Source of the DNA: Planctomycetota bacterium
GTDB lineage: Bacteria > Planctomycetota > UBA8108 > UBA1146 > JAJFFE01
Length of the DNA: 64,000 nucleotides
Assembly (NCBI GenBank): GCA_046154185.1
Contig: JBJXGE010000003.1
Location: 21,144-85,143 of the forward strand
Reading direction: 5' to 3'
Of this stretch, positions 1 to 8,589 are shown one piece after another; the first letter of the stretch is position 1; each line of letters opens with the position of its first letter. The notes beneath the pieces were generated by a model. That model made no database searches and was not told the origin of the DNA. It saw only the letters and a list, made by a program, of their open reading frames with translations. The position numbers and the translations under genes were made by a program.

Positions 1-567
1 GACTTGATACTCGGGCAGCTCGCCACCGATCGCGACTACTTGCGCGATGCCGGGCACGGCGAGCAAGCGATTCCGCAACTCGAACTCCGCGTAGGAACGC
101 AGCGCTAGAGGGTCGTTCTTGCCCTCGGGCGACGACAGAGCGAGCAGCATGATCTCGCCGGTGATCGACGTGACGGGGGTGATCTCCGCGTGTGCGTTCT
201 CCGGCAACACATCGCGGATCGCCGCCAATCGCTCCGCCACCAGTTGGCGGGCGCGATAGATCTCCGTGCCCCAATCGAATTCCACCCACACGAGTGAGAG
301 TCCGATCGCGCTCGCACTCCGCACGCGTCTCACACCCGTGAGACCGTTGACGGCGGTTTCGATCGGGAAAGAAATGTTCTGCTCGACTTCGTCCGCCGCA
401 AAGCCGCCGGCTTCGCTCAGTATCACGACTGTCGGCGCGTTCAATTCCGGGAATACATCCACCGGCATGCGTGGAAGCTGGTACACAGCGAAGGCAAGCA
501 ACAATGCGGCGACCATCAGCACCAAAGCCGAGTAGCGCAGCGAGAACGCGATGAGTTGACTGAGCAT
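1..567 (-). CDS. Heavy-metal efflux RND pump, CzcA/CusA family; N-terminal about 189 aa, with the rest of the gene beyond the window start
   Basis: Minus-strand translation from ATG at 567 gives MLSQLIAFSLRYSALVLMVAALLLAFAVYQLPRMPVDVFPELNAPTVVILTEA, typical of the first TM helix and periplasmic loop of CzcA/CusA. It lies 2 nt downstream of the adaptor stop (570-572), giving the operon order OMF-MFP-RND. It is absent from the ORF track because it runs off the window edge. Confidence 0.8.
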   Translation of the reverse strand, partial: MLSQLIAFSLRYSALVLMVAALLLAFAVYQLPRMPVDVFPELNAPTVVILSEAGGFAADEVEQNISFPIETAVNGLTGVRRVRSASAIGLSLVWVEFDWGTEIYRARQLVAERLAAIRDVLPENAHAEITPVTSITGEIMLLALSSPEGKNDPLALRSYAEFELRNRLLAVPGIAQVVAIGGELPEYQV

Positions 568-569
568 CG

Positions 570-1985
570 CTACTCTTCCTCTTCGCCAGCGTGAAAGGTC
601 CCGTCGGAGTGAAAGTGCCCGCCTTTGCGATTCGTGCCGGAACTCGCGAGCATCAGTTGATAGATGCCGTCGAGCACGACCTCATCGCCTTCTTTCACGC
701 CGCTTTCGATGGCGATCCAACGTCCGTCATCGATGCCGGCATCCGCCTCCATGCGAATCACGAAGTTCGGGTCTTTCGGATCGCGCCGAAACAGGACCAG
801 CGAAAGACCATCGTGAATGACCGCGGTGAGCGGCACGGCGAGCTGCGGGGCGGAATCGCCTTCGACCGTGACTTCGAGATGCGCCGCGACGCCAGCGCGC
901 GCCCAGCTCGCAAGGCGCGTCGGCGTCACAAGCAGGTCGATCGTGCGGTCGTGAGGATTTGCGGAAAGTCCCAACTTGAGGACGCCGGGCAGCGAATCCG
1001 CGAGCGCGATCGAGCCGCCCTGCGGCGGGACAATAAGCGCCGGCAACCCGTCGCGCAGTCGACCGAGATCGCTTTGCAGGCCGCGCGCGCTGAAACGCAG
1101 TTGATCGGGTGCGACGGTTGCGAGTACCAACTCCGACGAGTCTGCCCAGCCGCCGTTGGTAACGCCAACCGACTCGACAATTCCGGCCGCGAGAGCCCGC
1201 ACCTCGATGATTGGTATGCAGCGCCAGTGCGAGTGCTCGCCCAGTTCGTTGTGGAGAGTTTCCAAGAGTGTTGTACGCGAGACTCCGAGCATTACCGCTG
1301 CGCTATTCAAGAGCAGCTCGAGTCGCAAGCGCGAAGCGGATAGCAACGACTCGGCGTCGGCGCGCGCGTACTCTAGTTCGAGATCCTTCTCGAGCAATTC
1401 TGACAATTCGGCTCGACTTGCCAAAAGCGATGCTCTTGCCCGTGAGAGTTCCTCGCCACGGCCGCCGCCAGCCAGGTGAATCTCGTCGAGTTTCGCAATG
1501 CGGCCAGTCCACAATTCGACGCTTTCTCGCAGGTTTCGCTCGTGTTCCTCATGCGCGGTGAGTAGCGCCATGGTTTGCGAAACTCGCGAGTTCGCTTGCA
1601 CGATGGCGAGCTCCGTGTCGTTGAGCTGTTGCTGCAACGCCCGCCACTCGGGCGCATCGAGTCTATAAAGCGGAGCCTCCGGCTGAACGACGTCATATTG
1701 GTTGACGAGTAGTTCCACGCGACCCGCCGCGAGTGCGTGATACTCGCGGCGCGCTTGCGGCAGTTCCTCGAAACGGCCGGGCATGCGGAGCGTGCGAGTC
1801 ACCGCGCGCTTTTCGACGCGAGCGAAAGTGATGCCAAGGTTTTCACGCACGCTCGCCGGAATGGCGACGCGATTCGTGGGGGCGGTTGGCTCTTCTTTTG
1901 AGGCGTGCCGTGTCGGCGCGGCGACGTGATCGCACGCGCCGAAAGCGAACGACAGCACGCAGATTGCGAGTAAGCGGCAGTTCAT
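570..1985 (-). CDS. Efflux RND periplasmic adaptor subunit (membrane fusion protein, HlyD/CzcB family), lipoprotein
   Basis: 471 aa. Lipoprotein-type N-terminus (LAICVLSFAFGAC), a long coiled-coil and beta-barrel/MP domains typical of MFPs. ATGA start/stop overlap with the upstream OMF gene at 1982-1985. Confidence 0.8.
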   Translation of the reverse strand: MNCRLLAICVLSFAFGACDHVAAPTRHASKEEPTAPTNRVAIPASVRENLGITFARVEKRAVTRTLRMPGRFEELPQARREYHALAAGRVELLVNQYDVVQPEAPLYRLDAPEWRALQQQLNDTELAIVQANSRVSQTMALLTAHEEHERNLRESVELWTGRIAKLDEIHLAGGGRGEELSRARASLLASRAELSELLEKDLELEYARADAESLLSASRLRLELLLNSAAVMLGVSRTTLLETLHNELGEHSHWRCIPIIEVRALAAGIVESVGVTNGGWADSSELVLATVAPDQLRFSARGLQSDLGRLRDGLPALIVPPQGGSIALADSLPGVLKLGLSANPHDRTIDLLVTPTRLASWARAGVAAHLEVTVEGDSAPQLAVPLTAVIHDGLSLVLFRRDPKDPNFVIRMEADAGIDDGRWIAIESGVKEGDEVVLDGIYQLMLASSGTNRKGGHFHSDGTFHAGEEEE

Positions 1986-3364
1986 GGCTGTCGCCTTTCT
2001 TTGTCCGATTCTCTTGGAGTGGGCGTTGGACCGAGTAGCTCGAGAACTCTGCGCGCCGCGAGCGACTCGTCGAGTCGAACGGCGACGAGCGCTTGCTTAG
2101 CTTCGCGCCCGCGCAGGAGCGATTCGAGCGTCAGCACGGCGTCGAGTTCGCCAAGTTCGGCGATGCGCCGAATTTCGGCGTATTGCTCATCGACGAGCGG
2201 CACGAGTTCGCTCAGCAGGTTCGTGCGGCGTGCGCGTGCACTCGCTAGACGCAGTTCGGCAATCTCCAACTCGCTGAGGAGGCGCTCCATTTGCGCGGTA
2301 AATTCCGCGTGAGTTGCCGCGCGCTCCGCGCGCGCGCGCGCGATGCCGGCGCGATTTTGATTCCAAATCGGCAATCCGAGACCAAAGCGAAAGAGCGCGC
2401 GCGGATCGGCCTCATCCTCGCCATAGCCCGGACCTAGCGTGACGTCCGGGTATTGCTTCCGTACTTCTAGCCGCAGCGCGGCCTCGCTGGCGTCGTAGGC
2501 GGCGCGCATGACTTGTAAGTCGGCATTGCGCGCGAGCAGTGCCGCACGAGCTTCATCACGCGTCGCGGCTCTACATTCGGGCGGCGTGAGATCGGCGACG
2601 AGTTCGATGGGCGCTTCGGGCACGAGACCGATGAGCGCTTTGAGAGCGAGCCGCTGTTCGGCCTCATCCGCTTCCAGTCGGGATAGTTCGTCGGCGCGAG
2701 TAATCCGCTCGATTCTGAGCAGCCGTGCTTCCGAGCGACTGACTTCGCCCGTTTCCGCAAGGCGCGCGACGATGCTCTCGAGCGGTTCGAGCCGCTCAAG
2801 GAGCTCTCGAGTGACAGCGCAGCGCATCGATTGCGCGGACCACCGGAGCCACGACTCCCGCAAGCGATGGAGGAGTCGCCACTCGAGCGCCGCGAGCGCG
2901 GCGAGCGACTCGTCCGAGAGCGCTTCCGCGTGCGTACGTTCGAGATGCTTTCGACCGAATATAGGAATGGTGAGCTCCAGGACGCCGCCGACGACCCACG
3001 GATGATCGACACTGCGGAGGATTCGTTCGGCGTCGATCGAAAGCGTGGGGTCTTCCCAAAGCCCAGCGTAGCGCGCGCTCACCGCGACGACGCCGGCGCG
3101 CAGACGTGCGGCGCGCAGCTCCGGATTAAAGAACAGCGCGACGCACTCGGCCTCCGGCAAGGTGTAACCGTCGGACGGTTCGAAGATCGCGGAGTCCGAG
3201 TGGGTGAGCAATCGTTCGCTGAACGCGCGCAGCTCGTCGCACTCGGGATCACGCGCGACCGCTTTGCGCAACTCGACGGCCGGGTCGAGCGCAAGCGGAC
3301 GGTAACTCTGGCAACCGCTAACGGTCGCAAGCAGAATGCCTGCAATCACGGAGCATGGCCGCAA
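1982..3364 (-). CDS. TolC-family outer membrane efflux protein (CzcC-like), lipoprotein; TTG start
   Basis: 460 aa. N-terminus MRPCSVIAGILLATVSGC has a lipobox. Two repeated alpha-helical coiled-coil/beta-barrel OEP halves. The start codon at 3364 is TTG, with GGGAG six nt upstream. Overlaps the adaptor gene by 4 nt. Confidence 0.75.
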   Translation of the reverse strand: MRPCSVIAGILLATVSGCQSYRPLALDPAVELRKAVARDPECDELRAFSERLLTHSDSAIFEPSDGYTLPEAECVALFFNPELRAARLRAGVVAVSARYAGLWEDPTLSIDAERILRSVDHPWVVGGVLELTIPIFGRKHLERTHAEALSDESLAALAALEWRLLHRLRESWLRWSAQSMRCAVTRELLERLEPLESIVARLAETGEVSRSEARLLRIERITRADELSRLEADEAEQRLALKALIGLVPEAPIELVADLTPPECRAATRDEARAALLARNADLQVMRAAYDASEAALRLEVRKQYPDVTLGPGYGEDEADPRALFRFGLGLPIWNQNRAGIARARAERAATHAEFTAQMERLLSELEIAELRLASARARRTNLLSELVPLVDEQYAEIRRIAELGELDAVLTLESLLRGREAKQALVAVRLDESLAARRVLELLGPTPTPRESDKERRQP

Positions 3365-3496
3365 GGGCGACTCCCATTCTCAACAGGAATAGACTCACTT
3401 TGCCGCGAAACTTGCTCGACGCCGCTTCAGCACGTGGGGAAGCAAGGCGCGACACGAGTCGCAACGTTGTGGAACGAGTTGAAAAGTTGGATCCGT

Positions 3497-4018
3497 CTAG
3501 AGGCGCAGGAATACGCTGCGAAGGATCTCGAGACGCTGCGACGCAATATGAGCGCCGCGTTCTGCTGAGTCGTATCGGCCCGCCGATGAAGACCCGCGCG
3601 CCAAGTCCGCGGCGATCGTCGGAGTTGTCGCTCTTTGCAGCACCGCCGAGAGCAGCAACTTGAGTTTCGATCCGCTCAGCGCAACGGTCAAATCGAGGAG
3701 CGGCAAATCCGTGCACTCGCACTCGCCGGCACCAGCGAGCGTATCTTGCGAGTGCGCGCAGCAGTCGCTCGGCGCTTCGCAGTCGTGCCGCGCATCGTCA
3801 TCGTGAGCGTCTTGATCACATTGATGCTCGGACTCCGCGTGCTGTGGTTCGATCGCCAAATGACCGTCTTCGCTCCAGCACAGAACAAACCCGCCCTGCG
3901 GCGCCAGCGCCAGCACGCCGAAGGTGATAAGCAGCAACCAGGTGCCGGCCCGGCGTACTCCCGTGACGGGTCCGGACGTCTTGCGCTGGTGTGTCTGCTT
4001 CTGAGCCATGCGATGCAT
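3497..4018 (-). CDS. Small membrane-anchored His/Cys/Asp-rich protein, putative metal-binding, lead gene of the efflux operon
   Basis: ATG at 4018 preceded by AAGGA 5 nt upstream. One TM segment (GTWLLLITFGVLALAP) followed by EPQHAESEHQCDQDAHDDDARHDCEAPSDCCAHSQD. No family recognised. The true C-terminus is uncertain. Confidence 0.4.
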   Translation of the reverse strand: MHRMAQKQTHQRKTSGPVTGVRRAGTWLLLITFGVLALAPQGGFVLCWSEDGHLAIEPQHAESEHQCDQDAHDDDARHDCEAPSDCCAHSQDTLAGAGECECTDLPLLDLTVALSGSKLKLLLSAVLQRATTPTIAADLARGSSSAGRYDSAERGAHIASQRLEILRSVFLRL

Positions 4019-4072
4019 AATAGTCCTTCGGTTAGGAACCAGACAAGAAGTGAGATTATTTTGCGCGGACCC

Positions 4073-5284
4073 TTAGCCGCTTGCCATCCGGCGTAGTTCG
4101 CTGGCGAGGAACCGGTATTGCTCGGCGCTGTTGTAAAGCTGCGCCGAAACTCGCACGAGGCGGCGCGGCGGGCTTGGCCAGTTGATGATCGGCACTTCGA
4201 TGCGCGATTCCGCGAAAAGTCTATTTTGCAGCGGATCGAAGCCGTTGACGGGTGTTGCGTCGCTTGCGCACGCCGGTGTCGGCAGCGGCACCGCCGCGAG
4301 TGAGCCGATCATCTCGTCGGGCGCCGGTGTGGCGACGTCGAACTCGGCGCACAGCATGGCACGCGCGGCGAGCGCCAGCGCGCGGTTTTGTTTCATGAGC
4401 GCCGGCCAACCGCCTTTCACCATCGCGCCGAGCGTTTCGATTGCCGCCGGAACGCAGAGCGCGGCGCTCGGGTCATACGTCCCCGTCCAATCGAATTCGA
4501 CTCGGAAGCGCGAGCTCGCGCCGAGCGGTTGATTCGCTCCATGACTAATCGTGAGCGGTCGCACGAGCGCCTGGCGATCACGCCGCACATGGAGGAGCGC
4601 GGCGCCTTTTGGCGCGCACAGCCATTTGTGGCAATTGCCGGTGTAGTACGCGGCGCCAAGCGCGCGCAAATCGAGCGGCACCATGCCGGGCGCGTGCGCG
4701 CCGTCGACGAGCGTGTCGACGCCGCGCGCCGCGAACTCTTTGACAATGCGCGCCACCGGAAACACGAGACCGGTTTGACTCGTCACGTGATCGACGAGAA
4801 CGAGTCGCGTGCGCGCCGACGCGCGCGACACGATCGCATCCACGACCTCGTCGGCCGACGCGAGCGGAAACGGCACTGGCACGACAACCACGCGCGCGCC
4901 GCTCAATTCGGCGACATGGTTGAGCGCATTTCGGCACGCATTGTATTCCTGGTCGGTCACGAGCAGCTCGTCGCTCGGCTGAAAGCGCAGCGAACGCAAG
5001 ATCGTGTTCACGCCGCTCGTGGCATTCGCAACGAACGCGAGATCGTCGGGATCGGCGCCAACGAAGTTCGCAAGCGTGTCGCGCGCGTGCGCTAGCAGCT
5101 CCGGCAGCTCGCGCATCATGAACCGCACCGGCTCGCTTTCGAGCTGGTCGCGAAACGCGCGCTGGCGCTCGAGCACCGCGCACGGGCAAGCGCCGAAGGA
5201 GCCGTGATTGAGAAACACGACGCTGCGGTCGAGTCCCCAATGTCGAACGGGCTCAGCGAACTGCGGTTGCGGACGCGCGGTCAT
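4073..5284 (-). CDS. Aminotransferase class V-fold PLP-dependent enzyme (isopenicillin-N epimerase / cysteine desulfurase-like)
   Basis: Motifs for Gly-rich PLP binding and the SxHK lysine (YYTGNCHKWLCAPKGAALLHV). Start re-assigned to the internal ATG at 5284 (MTARPQPQFAEP...). The 92 codons upstream in the track ORF are an Arg/His-rich, non-protein-like extension. Confidence 0.8.
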   Translation of the reverse strand: MTARPQPQFAEPVRHWGLDRSVVFLNHGSFGACPCAVLERQRAFRDQLESEPVRFMMRELPELLAHARDTLANFVGADPDDLAFVANATSGVNTILRSLRFQPSDELLVTDQEYNACRNALNHVAELSGARVVVVPVPFPLASADEVVDAIVSRASARTRLVLVDHVTSQTGLVFPVARIVKEFAARGVDTLVDGAHAPGMVPLDLRALGAAYYTGNCHKWLCAPKGAALLHVRRDRQALVRPLTISHGANQPLGASSRFRVEFDWTGTYDPSAALCVPAAIETLGAMVKGGWPALMKQNRALALAARAMLCAEFDVATPAPDEMIGSLAAVPLPTPACASDATPVNGFDPLQNRLFAESRIEVPIINWPSPPRRLVRVSAQLYNSAEQYRFLASELRRMASG

Positions 5285-5334
5285 CGACAAGCGCCTCGAT
5301 TCTAAATCTGCAGTATGCAACGGAAGCGAACGAG

Positions 5335-5982
5335 CTACGGTTTCTTCATCACAAGCGGCAACACATCGGTGACGCCACCCACGATAATCTGCACCGCCAC
5401 GGCGGCGAGGATGAGTCCCATGAGTCGATTGAGAATGTTGAGGCCGGTGCGCTTGAGGCTGCGCTCGAGCATCGTCGCACCGCGCAGCATCACGTACGTC
5501 AACGCACCGGTGAGTAGAATCGCACCCACGACGACGCCGATGTGCATGACGTCCGGCCACGCTTGACTCATGAGCACTGTCACGGTGGCGATTGCGCCCG
5601 GGCCCGCGAGCATCGGGATGCCGATGGGGATGACCGCGACGTCCTCTTTTTCGATACCTTCGCTTTCCTCTTCGGGGCTCGTGCGTGTGCGCGATTTTTG
5701 CGCTCGCATCATGTCGAGCGCCATCTGGAAGAGCAGAATTCCGCCGGCGATCTTGAACGCGCCAATCGTGATACCGAAGAGTTTGAAAATGAGCCCGCCA
5801 GCGGCGGCGAACACCAGCAGCGTGAAAGTCGCCACGATGGCGGCGCGCAAGGCGGTGCGTTTTTTTTGTTCCAGCGTCTCGGCGCGCGTCATCGTGACGA
5901 ACAGCGGAATCGCCGCGATGGGATCGACGACGAAAAATATCGCGGAGAATGTCACCAGACTAAAGGACACCAGCTCGTACAT
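5335..5982 (-). CDS. MarC family (UPF0056) integral membrane protein
   Basis: 215 aa with six predicted TM helices. N-terminal FSLVTFSAIFFVVDPIAAIPLFVTMT and a central charged loop, as in the MarC family. Confidence 0.8.
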   Translation of the reverse strand: MYELVSFSLVTFSAIFFVVDPIAAIPLFVTMTRAETLEQKKRTALRAAIVATFTLLVFAAAGGLIFKLFGITIGAFKIAGGILLFQMALDMMRAQKSRTRTSPEEESEGIEKEDVAVIPIGIPMLAGPGAIATVTVLMSQAWPDVMHIGVVVGAILLTGALTYVMLRGATMLERSLKRTGLNILNRLMGLILAAVAVQIIVGGVTDVLPLVMKKP

Positions 5983-6578
5983 GGCGCGCGATTGTAGCGA
6001 CGGACAAAATTCGATCCATGCGGGTCAACCGTCGAACGCGACGGAACGTTTAAGTAACGCGCCGCTTTGGGTGTTTCACGCGTGCGCCGCGACTTTGTTT
6101 GCCGATCTTTCCAGGCCGACGTGCCTGTGCGGGCACTCAATTGTGCCGCCGGAGTTGCTCGTGTATCACGGGATCGCAGTGGGACTCGCATGGCTGGCGT
6201 TCATTTGCCACCCAAGCCCAAGATATTGGTGGCGCTTGGCGCTCGCGGCGCCAGTAATACTGTCGACGTACGTTTGGTGCTGCGATTGGCTCATCGCTCT
6301 CTTTGGCGAAGAGCACTGAGTCTCTCTCCAAGTTGACGAAGCGGTCTCTCCCGTGGATAGAACCGCCGCCAATCGCCGTTGGTGTCGGCTTTGGCGTCAC
6401 ATTGCGCGCTTGGCGTCGTCGGCGCCCCGGATCGCGTCCGTGCCCTCGGCTAAACACAAGCGCTGTAGTAACGTATCACTACGGCCATGGAATTTGACTG
6501 CGGAACCTCGGTCTCGAACTGAGCGTTCTTGGCACTCAGGCACTGGCTCGTTCTAGATTTTGACTTCGTGGCGGAAGA

Positions 6579-6601
6579 CAGACGATCACGGTGATCGTCT
6601 G
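6579..6601. promoter_or_regulatory. Perfect 11-1-11 palindrome CAGACGATCAC-G-GTGATCGTCTG, 33 nt upstream of the redoxin start; putative operator
   Basis: Read directly from the sequence. A TTGACT hexamer lies at 6560-6565 just upstream. Confidence 0.35.
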
Positions 6602-6633
6602 CTCAATCCAAGAGATCAACAGAAAGGATCTCC

Positions 6634-7209
6634 ATGCGAAATCGCTTTGCGATGTTTGCCGGCGCGTTGCTGGTGAGCATCTTGAGCCTCGGTTACGCCG
6701 GGGCGGATGACATGAAGAAAGACCCGCCGAAACCGAGCGACAAACCGCTCGACTTCGCGCTCAAGGATACGGATGGCAAAGACGTCAAACTTGCCGATCT
6801 GAAGGACAAGGTCGTTGTGCTGGAGTGGACCGAGGATGGCTGCCCTGCCATCGAAGGGTGTCTCAAGCAAGGCACAATGGCGAAGCTGGTGAAAGACTAC
6901 GGCTCGAAAGTCGTTTTCATCGGCGTGTGCACCGGTACGAAGAGTTCGCTCGAGGTCATGAAGAAATTCAAGGAGACGAACAAGATCGCGTACCCGATCG
7001 CCATGGACCCGACCGGCGAGGTCGGCAAGATGTTCGGCGCGAAGACCACGCCGCACATGTTCATCGTGAAGAACGGCAAGAAACTCTACGACGGCGCCAT
7101 CGACGACGCCAAGACCGAGCAAAAGGGCGTCAACTACGTCGCCAAGGCGCTCGACGAAATCTTGGCCGGCAAACCGGTCACGACCGCGTCGACCACGCCC
7201 TACGGCTGA
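6634..7209 (+). CDS. Thioredoxin-fold redoxin (TlpA/AhpC-TSA-like), secreted, with an atypical active-site motif
   Basis: AAAGGA SD 7 nt upstream. Signal peptide. Pattern VVVLEW..(C)..C...YG..VVFIGV....YP...D..G.....G....P..F of TlpA-like redoxins, but WTEDGCPAIEGC replaces the canonical WCxxC. Confidence 0.75.
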   Translation: MRNRFAMFAGALLVSILSLGYAGADDMKKDPPKPSDKPLDFALKDTDGKDVKLADLKDKVVVLEWTEDGCPAIEGCLKQGTMAKLVKDYGSKVVFIGVCTGTKSSLEVMKKFKETNKIAYPIAMDPTGEVGKMFGAKTTPHMFIVKNGKKLYDGAIDDAKTEQKGVNYVAKALDEILAGKPVTTASTTPYG

Positions 7210-7278
7210 CGCGTCAAATACCCGAAACCCAGCCCGTGAGGCTTGGGTTCCATTCAGCGTAGGTACCGCAGATAGCCG

Positions 7279-7333
7279 AGGGTCTGAAAGACCCGCAGGA
7301 TTAAAGCCCAGGGTTGGCCGGTCCGCCGGCCTA
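7279..7333 (+). terminator. Two stem-loops downstream of the redoxin gene: GGGTCT-gaa-AGACCC, and CCCAGGGTTGGCCGG-tcc-GCCGGCCTACCCTGGG with one mismatch
   Basis: Inverted repeats read from the sequence, 70-120 nt after the stop at 7209. Only a short TT follows. Confidence 0.4.
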
Positions 7334-7347
7334 CCCTGGGTTCATCG

Positions 7348-7470
7348 CATGCCCGAAACCGTCATCCCGCCCGCATCGCATGCCCGAAACCGTCATCCCG
7401 TCCGCATCGCATCCGCGAAACCATCAACCCGCCCGCACCGCATGCCCGAAACTTCAACCCTGAGTCATCG
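7348..7470. repeat. 31-bp direct tandem repeat, 4 copies (CATGCCCGAAACCGTCATCCCGCCCGCATCG consensus)
   Basis: Units at 7348-7378, 7379-7409 (1 mismatch), 7410-7440 (degenerate) and 7441-7470. The unit length is not a multiple of 3. The array is intergenic between convergent genes. Confidence 0.8.
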
Positions 7471-8589
7471 CGACGCGAGCAGTGCGAGCCGCGACGCATG
7501 CGGCAACCCCGCGCATCGCTCCAGCAATTGCCGCGCGAGGTCGCGGCCGCGAAGTTTTTCTAGGCGTGTCTTGCCGGCGCACAGCGCTTCGATCTCGGCG
7601 AGTTGTGCATCGATCTGTGTGGTGAGCGCTGCGCGCAGGCGATCTATGTCTCGCACGAACGCAGTATCAAACTTCGCGCAGCGCGCCAGCGCCCGATCGA
7701 GCAGTTGCAACGCATCCGCGTACCGCGTCCCGCTGGCGACAGTCGGCAACTGCATCAGCGTAGCGACGACGGCCTCGAAGTCCGCTCGCGGGAGCGGCGC
7801 GTGTGCGCCGCTCGAACGCGCCGCCTCGCATCGCGCTCGCCACTCGGCAACCAGTGCGTCGAGCGCCGCGCCATTAACCATTTCGCTGGCGACTGCGGTG
7901 GCGCAATCTGCGCGCGTGATGCGCATCGCGGGGAGCCGATAAGGAATTTCATCGACCGGGAGTTTGTCGAGCACCCAGGTCGGGGGCTCGGACTCGATCG
8001 TGCCGCGCAGCAACACGAACTCGCGCAGCTTCACTTGTTGCTCGGCGCTCTGCGTGACCTGCTCCATGCCGGTGCAGCGCGGGCACCAGGGGTTCGTGTA
8101 TTCCTCGAGCACAGGTCGGCCCGTGTAGAGCGCGAGCGCTTCGGCTTCCGCTTTCGAAGACAACCATCGATCTTCGGCGTACGCGGTCGGAAACGCCGGT
8201 AACTCAATTGAGAGTGGCGCGAGTGCGAGTCGCTCATGTTCCGCGAGTCGCTTCGAAGAGAGCAGACTCCACGAACCATAGGCCGCAAGCGTGAGGCCGA
8301 CGACCCACAGCGCGGCGCGCATCGCAGCGACGCGTCGCGTTCCGACGTGGGCCGGCACGGCGGTCGCGTTGGGACCAAACAACTTTGCGAGCAGTTTGGC
8401 GCAATCGGCCGGCGCAAGCTCGGGCGTCTCGCGGAGACCCGGCAAGCGCGAAATTTCCTGCACGCGCGCGAGCAACCGCGCGCAGTTTGGGCAGATGGCC
8501 AGATGCTGCTCGAACTCAACGACGTCGCGCGCCGCGAGTCGACCCGCGACGTATTCGGCGATCCCGAGCTCAGCATGCTTGCAATTCAA
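7465..8589 (-). CDS. Anti-sigma factor, zf-HC2 type, single-pass membrane protein; TTG start
   Basis: N-terminus LNCKHAELGIAEYVAGRLAARDVVEFEQHLAICPNCARLL (H-x3-C-x2-C zf-HC2). TM segment ALWVVGLTLAAYGSWSLL. TTG at 8589 overlaps the sigma stop as TTGA. The track ORF start at 8859 would overlap the sigma gene by 270 nt and is rejected. Confidence 0.7.
   Translation of the reverse strand: MNCKHAELGIAEYVAGRLAARDVVEFEQHLAICPNCARLLARVQEISRLPGLRETPELAPADCAKLLAKLFGPNATAVPAHVGTRRVAAMRAALWVVGLTLAAYGSWSLLSSKRLAEHERLALAPLSIELPAFPTAYAEDRWLSSKAEAEALALYTGRPVLEEYTNPWCPRCTGMEQVTQSAEQQVKLREFVLLRGTIESEPPTWVLDKLPVDEIPYRLPAMRITRADCATAVASEMVNGAALDALVAEWRARCEAARSSGAHAPLPRADFEAVVATLMQLPTVASGTRYADALQLLDRALARCAKFDTAFVRDIDRLRAALTTQIDAQLAEIEALCAGKTRLEKLRGRDLARQLLERCAGLPHASRLALLASR

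Noticed and set aside
5284-5560. N-terminal extensions of track ORFs (aminotransferase to 5560, adaptor to 36237, sigma to 9461, M14 from 37507, alpha-2-macroglobulin from 57173)
   Set aside because: The extensions are low-complexity and lack an SD. Internal starts with an SD match the family N-termini.
7348-7470. CRISPR array
   Set aside because: The repeats are directly contiguous with no spacers; 31-bp period.
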